The translations under genes and the position numbers were made by a program. DNA of 64,000 nucleotides, taken from contig OZ024742.1 in NCBI GenBank assembly GCA_964016885.1, positions 357,120,001 to 357,184,000 of the forward strand, read 5' to 3'. Shown in pieces: positions 1 through 9,155 of the stretch. Each line of letters starts with the position of its first letter. The first letter of the stretch is position 1. The DNA comes from Eledone cirrhosa. Lineage: Eukaryota. The notes beneath the pieces are model-generated. The model was not told where the DNA came from and searched no databases. It saw nothing but the letters and a program-made list of their open reading frames with translations.

Positions 1-220
1 CAGCCCACACTGTAAAGTGGACGTGTAGGCTCCACGTAAAAAAAGCAGGCAGCACTCACTGTAAATGAGGTTGGTGTTAGGAAGGTCATCCAGCTGTAGA
101 ATCCAAGTCAAAATCACTTCCTGTATGAGCAAGGCATGGTCAGCTGTATGAGCAAGGCATGGTCTAACCCATGCTAGCATGGGAGAACAGACGTAAAACG
201 GTGATGATGATGATGATGAT
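1..220 (+). mobile_element. RTE LINE 3' UTR fragment with (GAT)n tail
   Basis: Matches the 3' UTR of the RTE copy at 38760-39004 (cacactgtaaa..gttaggaagg..catccagctgtag..acgtaaaacggtgatgatgat). Confidence 0.8.
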
Positions 221-331
221 GTATGTAGATGTGTGTGTGTGTGAGTGTATGTAAACAAATACTTATATGCATATATATATATATGAAATATATGAAATAT
301 AAGAATCAAAGAACTGTTCAAAACATTATTG

Positions 332-378
332 TGCTTACAGCTGTTTCCTCCAAACCGAGGTTTGGATTCTTCGGAGCA
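332..378 (-). ncRNA. Minimal type-I hammerhead ribozyme motif (PLE-type)
   Basis: Minus strand reads TGCT-CCGAAGA-A-TCCAAAC(CTCG)GTTTGGA-G-GAAA-CAGCTG-TA-AGCA: stem I TGCT/AGCA, 7-bp stem II, palindromic stem III ACAGCTGT, GUA cleavage triplet. The core has U4>C. Confidence 0.75.
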
Positions 379-899
379 ATTTATTAATGCATGGACAGTT
401 ATATGACCTCCTTTTCAGCCGAGAGACATACCAATACATATTCAAACATTGATACATATTCAAACATTGTGGGTCAACATTCATTACAGAATTTAGAGTG
501 GCAGTACACACTTCGAGATTACATTTATATTAATAGGTACAATCAAAAATCAAAGATATAGGTTAAAGTACAACATGAAGATTTAGGGTGTGTGTAAAAT
601 ACTTACAACTGCATAAGGTTTTGTGTTTACATAACCATAAATAGTATAACTAATACTATATATATATATATATATATAAATATCTACATATATACATATA
701 TATCAACAACAGAAGGTCGGACTGGAAAATTTACTTTAGAATGTTAATTACATGAAAGCATTAGACATATTTCGATGGCCGAGCCCTATCGTGTGATTAT
801 GATGCAATGCTAAATGATTTCATCGGGTGTTATTTGCAGAATTATATAACAGATTTATGCTGAACACAAACAGAGAATAGAAAATAGACAACCAATTTG

Positions 900-1215
900 G
901 GGAACCATCTGCCATGGTTATCACACAGAAAATGTCCAGCAACACCTGCAGCAACAGCCACTCAGTTTCACGCGGCTCATTTCTCAGGTGCATTGTTATC
1001 TTTCCAATTTTTTCAGAGGAAATCAGCACAGCATTTTCTAATGACACACTTTCCATGGCAACTGGTATAAAAAGGAAGTGGTTTGGCAAGCACTGGTATT
1101 TTGTATCTTCTTCTCTCTAGCATTACAAGCAATGGTGCTTGGGTGTGTGACCCAAGCAACAAGGTAGGAGGCAGAGAACAAGTGACAACATATGTGAGGA
1201 ATTGTGTCTAAAACT
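900..1215 (-). pseudogene. CRE-clade non-LTR retrotransposon, C-terminal restriction-like endonuclease remnant
   Basis: Frameshifted translation ..CCHLFSASYLVA..AREKK/KYQCLPNHFLFIPVAMES..EKIG..EPRETEWLLLQV aligns by eye with the CRE fragment at 2436-2785. Confidence 0.55.
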
Positions 1216-1529
1216 GACTTTATAACAAGCAATTCATATTTTTCTTCTAGTAAACATGATTGTTGACCTGTTAAACTTATTATTATGAGAGAAGAATATT
1301 CACAAATTTGGCTTAAAAACGATTAAATATGGAAAAGAAAAATAACAGCATAATTAAGTAATAAGAAAATGAGGAAGGAGTAAAGAAGGGCAGATCTGGA
1401 TGTATGGGAAAGTAAAGGAATGGACTATAAAAAGTCATAAATGAGAAGAAAAGGGGGAGAAAGCACGGACTCTAGGGCCATAGATGTGAAGGATGGGAAA
1501 GGCGAGAGGGTGATGGGCTCTGTGCCAAG

Positions 1530-1776
1530 GGTGTAGCGGTGTTAGGACTGCAACCTACAGACAAACCTGTAAAAACATTTCTGTGGACAATGGCCAGCGA
1601 TACCCACTGCAACAGCCACCCCACCTCGTGGGCCACCTTCCTCAGATGTGCTGCTGATGTTTGAATCTTGGGGAGGAGCTCAGCAGTATGGGGTCCGAGG
1701 ATGCCTAAGGCCTTGAAGGTCTACTGGTGTGAAGAGGAAGTGGTCAGACAATCCCCTGTATTTGTTCATCTTCCTT
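1530..1776 (-). pseudogene. CRE-clade retrotransposon C-terminal remnant
   Basis: Translation GLSDHFLFTPV/..GILGPHTAELLPKI..EVGWLLQWVSLAIVHRN. The nucleotide sequence resembles 2670-2765 in inverted orientation. Confidence 0.6.
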
Positions 1777-1779
1777 TTA

Positions 1780-2147
1780 GCCCATATCCTGCCAGAATTC
1801 CTCCACCTCTTTCTGTTCAAATCGGCTGTAACCGGCCACTCATACTGATGTTAAGAAATTGTTCTCAACATAAATAATATCAAAATCTTACAGATTCATT
1901 GTAAAATAATTATGAGATAAAGCCTTTACCATGAAAATATAATTGTTTCTGCTTTTGGCACAAGGACAGCAATTATTCCAGTGCATTACTGGTACTTTAT
2001 TTTATCGACCTCGGCGGGATTTGAACTCAGACCGTAAAGGGACCTAACTCTATGCTGGAAAGCATGGTGTGTGACCCTCTACTGATACTGCCAATCCACC
2101 GAAAATATAATAGTGAATATAGAGTAATGTAAATGCTAAAGGGTTAA
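1780..2147. mobile_element. piggyBac-type MITE (left end decayed) carrying a nested SINE
   Basis: Ends in TAAATGCTAAAGGG-TTAA. Internal sequence is shared with the copies at 6406, 14741, 27099, 33497, 35950 and 50538. Confidence 0.75.
1945..2100 (-). mobile_element. tRNA-derived SINE (family A) with 11-bp target-site duplication
   Basis: B-box-like GAGTTCAAATCCC and the family body are on the minus strand. Flanked by gaaaatataat at 1934-1944 and 2101-2111. Confidence 0.8.
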
Positions 2148-2435
2148 TTATCAATTGTTTTTCTTCCTACTAAACCAATCTAGCAAGGAAATATTTAGTG
2201 AATATATGTTGAAATATTGACAAAATAAATAAATATAAAATATTATATCATCTATTCTATTTTGCACATCACATGACTAAAAATAATATTTTTTTATGTA
2301 AAGTATTTTGTGCATAAGTAAAGGGTTCTCTGAAGCCAACCTGACTAAATTAACCCCTGTAAATACCAGCCCGGCCAAAATTGGTTCTGGTTCTATTAAC
2401 TAAAATCGCCCATCTTAAAGGTTTCCAACAATATT

Positions 2436-2785
2436 ATGAGAAGGAGCCTGGATGCAGCTAGCTTTCCATCTCAACTGGAACCAGCAGGCCTAGAGCGCGA
2501 AGATGGCAAGCGCCCTGACGGTATCACCCTTTTCCCATTTGAAGGAGGTAGATCCCTCATCTCGGACACCACCTGTTGCAACATGTTCTCCACCTCCAAC
2601 TTAGTCACTTCAGCCACAAACCTTGGCATTGCGGCGCGCCTCACATAGGAATGTAAAATAAACAAATACCGGGGTTTGTCCAGCCACTTCCTTTTCACAC
2701 TGGTTGTCATCGAGACCTCAGGCATATTTGGACCCTGTACTGCTGAGCTCCTCTACAAGATCGGAACATAGGTGGCTAGAAATGC
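2436..2785 (+). pseudogene. CRE-clade retrotransposon restriction-like (PD-D/ExK) endonuclease remnant
   Basis: EPAGLEREDGKRPDGITLFPFEGGRSLISDTTC..KINKYRGLSSHFLFTLVVIETSGIFGP is the typical CRE endonuclease motif string. It has an in-frame stop at 2646-2648. Confidence 0.75.
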
Positions 2786-3335
2786 AGTTATGTACGGGTT
2801 AAACAGTGTTATCTTTCATTTTTGGCATGACTGTCTCATTCCTAATTAAATCCATGCTAACTAGCTTGGTACTCTCACATTTACCACGTACATCTTATAT
2901 TTAGATCTTTCTTTTGCGCTGAAAATCAGCTCTGAGAAAAGCATGCTGTTTATAATGTGCACCACAATAGAACTGTGAGTATCCTTTACACAGAGCTTAT
3001 ATGCATTTATCTTACAAAATCATGCCAAAAGGACCTGAGAGGACACTTCAATTATAACATAACAAACACTCTAGTGCTGGTGCACTGAAAAAAAGCATTT
3101 TGTGGAATCTGTAAAGTGACACTTCATTTTATTTGAAATGTTTCATATCTTGCATTTCTGTTTCATGTGAGAGATTTGTTTGACATATCTAATAGCAATT
3201 ATTTCATGGACAATATCACATTTGATTATTATTTTCAGAAAAATAAATACAGTAACTGTGTACAAGTTCTGTTACATATCTCAGCAATTTCTGTATGGAG
3301 AAGTTATCTCATAGAAATAATAATCATCCATAAAC

Positions 3336-3366
<31 letters not shown>

Positions 3367-3436
3367 TGTATGTATGTATGTATGTATGTATGTATGTATG
3401 TATGTATGTATGTATATCTATGTATGTATCTATGTA

Positions 3437-4741
3437 CAGGGTGCGGACGATATTTGTTCACAAGATTACTGTCTAAGAAAAAATAACACAGTAGTTTTAT
3501 TTTTTAAGATATATTTATCAAACTTGGGTCAGTTTGTCTTCATAGCTTGTTCTTTCGATCTCACTCAATAAACCTGCCATTGGCTTAGATGACGGCCTCA
3601 AGGCGGTCTCGGAATCGGCTACAGGCCTTGGTCACTGTTCCCTGACTTAGGCCCCTAAAGGCACTTGTCATGCTGGCCTTCAGATCGTCTTTTGTATTGC
3701 AGCTAGATCTGTTGGTGTCTCGTTTCACTGCGCCCATGCAAAGAAGTCGAGGGGGTTGCAGTCAGGCAGGCTGGGAGGCCAGATGTCAGGTGAAGTGTGG
3801 TCCACGAAGTTCTCTGACAGCCAGGCTTGGGTTTTCGGCTGGTATGGCAGGGCGCTGAGTCTTGCTGCCACACGTACGGCCTACCTGCAGCTACCTGGTC
3901 GATCCAGGGCTTTACTACTTCACTCAGAACGCGGATGTAGCCATCGGTGTTCAGCTTGAGGCCCTCAGGGAAGAAGTGAGGTGGCATGACATCACCTTGA
4001 CTGCTGACGACACCTAAGACCAATGTTGTCATTGGAAACTTTGTCTGCATGACTCTGGGCACGTCTTTGGATGAGACAGCGAGCCACCTGTTGTTCTGGA
4101 AGTTGATCTTCTGGTCTTGGCAGAAGTTTTTCTCGTCGGAGAAAAACCACAGTATGTCTGGCTCCAGTGGGTGTTTCAACTTGTTGAACAGCTTCTTTGC
4201 GTGCTTCAGTCTCTTTTCTTGTATCGCCTTTGACAGAAATTGTCCTTTCCTCATCTTGTATGAAACGTAGCGAATGTCTTCATGTACCACCAACCTAATG
4301 AACTTTTCATCCATGCCTTTCTCCCTTGCAATGGCACGCATCGACTTGCTAGGTTTATTGTTGATGATATCCTGAACTTCAGCAACGAACTCGGGCGTTC
4401 TGAAGGCGTCAGATCGTCGATCATGTGTTTTTCTCTCCGATGTTGCTTCGTAGTCGAATCCTGAATCATCCAATTCCTTTCTGACCTTTTCCACCATTCT
4501 ACTGCTGACGCTGAGAAAGTCTGAAATTTCCTTATTTGTCCTCCCGGCATGGATTCCAAGAAGAACTCTGTGTCTCTTCCACAAATTTGGAGGTTCAAAA
4601 TTATTCATAATCAATTATTCTGAAAATAAATAATGGAAATATAGTCACTGTTTTTATGAAGACAAGAGTGACAACGGAAGTAATAAAAATTTGCATAAAA
4701 TTAGCAGTTGAAAATTGCGAACAAATATCGTCCACACCCTG
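3437..4741 (-). mobile_element. Tc1/mariner superfamily DNA transposon, DD37D (maT) family, full length, about 1.3 kb
   Basis: TIRs CAGGGTGCGGACGATATTTGTTCACA / TGCGAACAAATATCGTCCACACCCTG; TA duplication at 3435-3436 and 4742-4743; transposase inside. Confidence 0.92.
3560..4614 (-). pseudogene. DD37D transposase with a frameshift near 3835 and a late stop
   Basis: Motifs FSDEK and QQDSAPCH. Restoring 1 nt gives ..WPPSLPDCNPLD with 37 residues between the second and third Asp. Confidence 0.88.
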
Positions 4742-4780
4742 TATATGTGTATATACATGGATGCATGTGTATGTATATGT

Positions 4781-5140
4781 GCGGGGACATAGAAATAGTC
4801 GGGCTGGACACCCAATTGCACTGTTAAACCACTGGGAGTGAAGTTCCCCTAGCCTTTGTCAGGGCATTCTTCTAGGAGAAGGCAACTCAGGAAACTGGGA
4901 TAACTCCGATATAAAACATGCGGCTCAGTAGTTACGGACGATGTTGATCTTTTCTTCTTTTTGGGTTATAGCTACTGTCGCTCAGAGAGTGGGATTGGCT
5001 CAGTGCACAGTCTTTCCTTACTTTAAAAAATATCTTTACACACAGGCATTGCACGATAGAATTCATTAATAATTATTAATAAAGGTATATCATGCAATGG
5101 CCATACTCAATAACAAGGGGGCAGCCATCATGTATGTATG
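4781..5140 (+). mobile_element. Short non-autonomous retroposon, probably RTE-derived; second copy at 60912-61283 (-)
   Basis: Two similar ~360-bp copies in opposite orientation; RTE-5'UTR-like CTAGGAGAAGGCAACTC; simple-repeat 3' tail; no ORF. Confidence 0.6.
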
Positions 5141-5634
5141 TTCGCCTGGTTTTATTTTATACATTTTTACCAATAGAGAGAGAATCTGTTTCTAACATAG
5201 ATACACTCTCTCATTGAAATTTACACATCAGTTAGGTAGATATGTATGTATGATGTGTGTGTGTAGATATATGTATGTATATATGATATATGGGTGTGCG
5301 GATGTATGTATGTATGTGTAAGCAGGTATGTATGTACTATGTATGTATGATGTATGTATATATATGTATGTATGTACGTATATATGTATGTACATAAGTA
5401 TGTATTTATATATTCTGTCTTTTATCTGAACATAAGTAGTCAAAAATTCCTTCACAATATATAATAATTTACTAACCACTATCATCGTAGTTTAGTTTTT
5501 AGGCTTAAGCAGATGTTCTTGTAATGTAAATAGAATATGTACTTGCTTATATATACATAATGTTTTTATAATACATGAATGCAAATAAGTTAGCCCCAAA
5601 TATTGGTCATGTTAGCAACATGACAATAAATGAC

Positions 5635-5952
5635 CAGTCCACCCTGTGCAGCAGTGATGATGGAGTCACAAAAATCGCACCCAGTCCACACTGTAAAGAG
5701 GTTGCTTTGCTGCCACGACAACAATCTCTGTCTACATTGTGAAATGTTTGTTTTGGTGCCACAGTAAAAGTCACCCACTTCCCTCCATAAATGCGGTTGG
5801 TATTTGGAAGGGTATCCAACTGTAAAGATCAAACCAGAAACAGTTCTGTATGAGCAAGACACAGTCATTTGACTTGACTCACAATAGGACAACTTGTCTA
5901 ACCCATGCTAGCATGGAAAAATGGACGATAAGTAGCAATGATGGATGATGAT
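5635..5952 (+). mobile_element. Decayed RTE 3' UTR
   Basis: Same 3' modules and (GAT)n-like tail as the other RTE copies. Confidence 0.65.
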
Positions 5953-6405
5953 ATATGATATATGTAAGTATGTGTATTAGAATATGGTGGTAATTGAAAG
6001 TTTTGAAAATGGAGTTATGGGCTTTCACTAAATATGTGTAGTGAGACCTCAGTGAGATTTTTCCTATTTCCTCAAATAGTTGCATATCAACATACACTGA
6101 CCTTTAACCTCAGTCAGCCTAATTTAGATACCAATTCCTTTGTTTCGGCTAACATTGTCACCATTAGATTTATAAAAGTTGTTTAAAAGAAGCCATCTCT
6201 TTAATGTTTCTGGGGGACATCTAGTGATTATAAATACAAACAATTTTGACCTCAGAGAGTACAGTCTGCCTTTTCATTCTACCACAGACAGATTTTTGCT
6301 CATTTCCAAGCTGACCAGGCAGTCCCATCTTATGTGGACAGTTGTTCTGGCCAAGCATACTAACATCAAACAAGATTCTACTTCCCCACACACTATCCAA
6401 CCAAC

Positions 6406-6621
6406 TTAACTCTTTAGCATTTTAAACAACTCTATCTGACCAGAATTTTCTACCCACTTTCTGTTCAAATCAGCCATAATTACCCACTCATACTGATGTT
6501 AGGGTATTGTTCTCAAAATAAATAATATCAAAATCTCATAGATTCGATATTATGTGAGATAAAGCCTTTACCGAGAAAATACAATAGTACATATAGAGTA
6601 ATGTAAATGATAAAGGGTTAA
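6406..6621. mobile_element. piggyBac-type MITE
   Basis: TTAA-CTCTTTAGCATTT ... AAATGATAAAGGG-TTAA; multi-copy in the window. Confidence 0.8.
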
Positions 6622-6878
6622 CACATCATAATTATCTATGTACCTTTTTCCATTGTTCATTACTGTACATGATCTGGGAGTAATTCTTGCATCCAATAAA
6701 AATTAGCAGTGTCTTGTTCAATCGTAAATTCATATCAATGTGTCTGGGCAAAATCATCTTCCCCATAGCAATATCATATCAGCACAATAAGCAACAACAA
6801 CTACTGCTTTCATCGACTATGGCAAGACAACACAACGACAATTCTCTTGATACACTGAGACACACTTTACTAACTTGA

Positions 6879-7165
6879 CATGGACTCAACCAACAAACCA
6901 CTGACACTCACTGACTCACTTGTCGTGGACTCAACCAACAAACCACTCACACTCACTGAGTCTCACTTCACTCACTTGTCATGGACTCAACCAACAAATC
7001 ACTCACACTCACTGAGTCACACTTCACTCACCATGGACTCAACCAACAAACCACTCACACTCATTGAGTCACACTTCACTCACCATGGACTCAACCAAGA
7101 AACCACTCACACTCACTGAGTCACACTTCACTCACTTGACATGGACTCAACCAACAAACCATTCA
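6879..7165. repeat. Minisatellite, about 45-56 bp unit, about 6 copies
   Basis: Repeated catggactcaaccaacaaaccactcacactcactgagtcacacttcactcac. Confidence 0.9.
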
Positions 7166-7267
7166 TTCAACTTCATCTCTCAACTCCTAACCTACTACAG
7201 CACCACAAATGTACCTAACAATGAAGTAAGCAAACAACCCCAACAAATAAACTACAGTTGCACCTGA

Positions 7268-7690
7268 TATATCTATCTATCTAGGGCAGGTAAAATTCCC
7301 GAGATCAATGGACAAGTTCTCTCCAGCGGTCTCTGTCTCTCATTTTCGCTGCCATGTCCTGTGTCTCCAAGAGACCACTATCTGTCCTTAGGGCATCAAC
7401 ATATGTTAACCTCAGTCTTCCTCTACCAGTGTGTCCATGCAGGGGCTCCCATAGGAGGATTTGATGCAGGAGGTAGAGACTGTGTCGTGGAGTGCGGAGC
7501 TGAATGAATGAGATTAAGACGAAATATCTGGTAGAGAATATTAAGAAGCCAGAGATGATTACTAATGTAGGCGGGAAGCCACTAGAATTGGTTGAGCACT
7601 TCCTGTATTTGGAAGCAAAGATTGGGAATACCTGATGTATATTGACTACGGAATGTAGTCTAAGACCTCTGTAGCCAATATATGGTGAAA
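7268..7690. mobile_element. Decayed RTE-type LINE pieces: 3' end on minus (7268-7470) abutting an RT piece on plus (7470-7690)
   Basis: Minus: ILLWEPLHGHTGRGRLRLTYVDALRTD..RDRDRWRELVH* with a (TAGA)n tail. Plus: ..ITNVGGKPLELVEHFLYL. Confidence 0.55.
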
Positions 7691-7824
7691 GCTTCTAGTT
7701 TTATTCCCCCCCCCCTCCCCAAAAAAAAGAAAAATATATATATATATAAATCAGGATAGACCCAGTTTGAAACTAGTTAGACCATTACTCAACAGAGTAC
7801 TCATACTTGGGGTAGTAAAGTTTG

Positions 7825-8011
7825 GCTGGATTGGCAGTATCGGTAAAGGGTCGGACGCCATGCTTTGACGCATAGAATTACGGCACTTGCCATTCTGAGT
7901 TCAAATCCCACCGAGGTTAACTTTGCCTTGCATCCTTATGAGGTCGATAAAATAAAGTACCAGTAATGCGCTGGTTAATTGCTGGCCTTGGGCCAAAAGT
8001 AGAAACAATTA
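7825..8011 (+). mobile_element. tRNA-derived SINE (family A)
   Basis: ggattggcagtatcggta..GAGTTCAAATCCC..TTGCCTTGCATCCTTATGAGGTCGATAAAATAAAGTACCAG..gtagaaacaatt. Confidence 0.85.
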
Positions 8012-8125
8012 TAAAAAGTCAGGACTTGACAGCTGAGGTCTTGCCATTTCAACAGCTAGTAACAGAGTGGAACTAGCTGTTGAAACAGCAAGAGATCAGC
8101 CGTTGGGTCCCAAATCTTTATAATA
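8009..8125. repeat. Imperfect inverted repeat next to (TA)n; sequence related to 12190-12390
   Basis: tttcaacagctagt / actagctgttgaaa core with diverged outer arms. Confidence 0.7.
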
Positions 8126-8637
8126 TATATATATAATAATTATAAATGTGAAGAGAAATTAGACAAAATATACCTGATTTTTTCTATAAGTCCCGAATGA
8201 AAAGGTATGCAGCCAAAGTGCAGCCATATTGCACTAGCACAGTGAACGCTATCAGATTTTAAAGAGTTTCCTCAAACATAGGGATTAATACTTGAACTGT
8301 CCGTTACAAGTGAAAAATTGTTGGGAGGGAGTATTATCATGTGGTATAATGGTTGCAGTAGGGAGGTAAAGGCTGGACATTAGGCAAGTAATACATGTGC
8401 TAGAAGGAGCAGCCAGCCCACACCTATTTCACTCAAACATAGCAAAGGTAAAACCATATATACAGTGATTGAAACTCATGTAAGGAAATAAATATGGTTT
8501 AAAAGATAAAAGATAATTTTTCCATTAACATACTTGTTTATATATATATATATGTGTGTGTGTGTGTATGTGTGTATATACATATATATATGTGTGTATG
8601 TGTGTGTGTGTGTATATACATATATATATATATATGC

Positions 8638-8686
<49 letters not shown>

Positions 8687-9155
8687 TGTATATACCTGCA
8701 TAGACATATATGCATTAAATTGTCTTGAAACTGCATTCATTTTTTTGTTTTAAACAAGAAATTCTTTACTGTCTCAGAGTGACCTATAATCCCCACACCC
8801 ACACCACTACACACATTTTCACATATCCTAATTTAAATTCTACAATAATTGATCTGGCTATTGGCTATTTCCAATAAATTTTATTTTTAATGGCTATATC
8901 ATGTTATTTTATTACTCTGTTTATGTACCCCCTCCCTCACCTCATAAATTTCCTCACTAACTCATCCAGTTTATTACATTTATAGAAAGTTTCCCATTAT
9001 TAGTATATTGTTTGTTTTTTGTGGTATTTTGTAAAAATATTCATTTGTAACACTGTTATTACTTGCTAGTATATTGTCTCTGTAACAATTTCAAAGTATC
9101 TATATACACACATATGCATATATATACATATATATACATATATATATATATATAT

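Noticed and set aside
820-1089. 89-aa ORF as a host gene exon
   Set aside because: It is better explained as a decayed CRE endonuclease C-terminus.
6879-7165. Repeat array as CRISPR or as the short ORFs listed in the track
   Set aside because: The units are contiguous near-copies without unique spacers; the ORFs are by-products of the repeat.
7825-7915. SINE heads as tRNA genes
   Set aside because: Only A/B-box remnants fused to SINE bodies; no full cloverleaf is evident.
9063-9155. N-terminus of the 853-aa ORF
   Set aside because: It is flanking and microsatellite sequence fortuitously in frame; the LINE is 5'-truncated.
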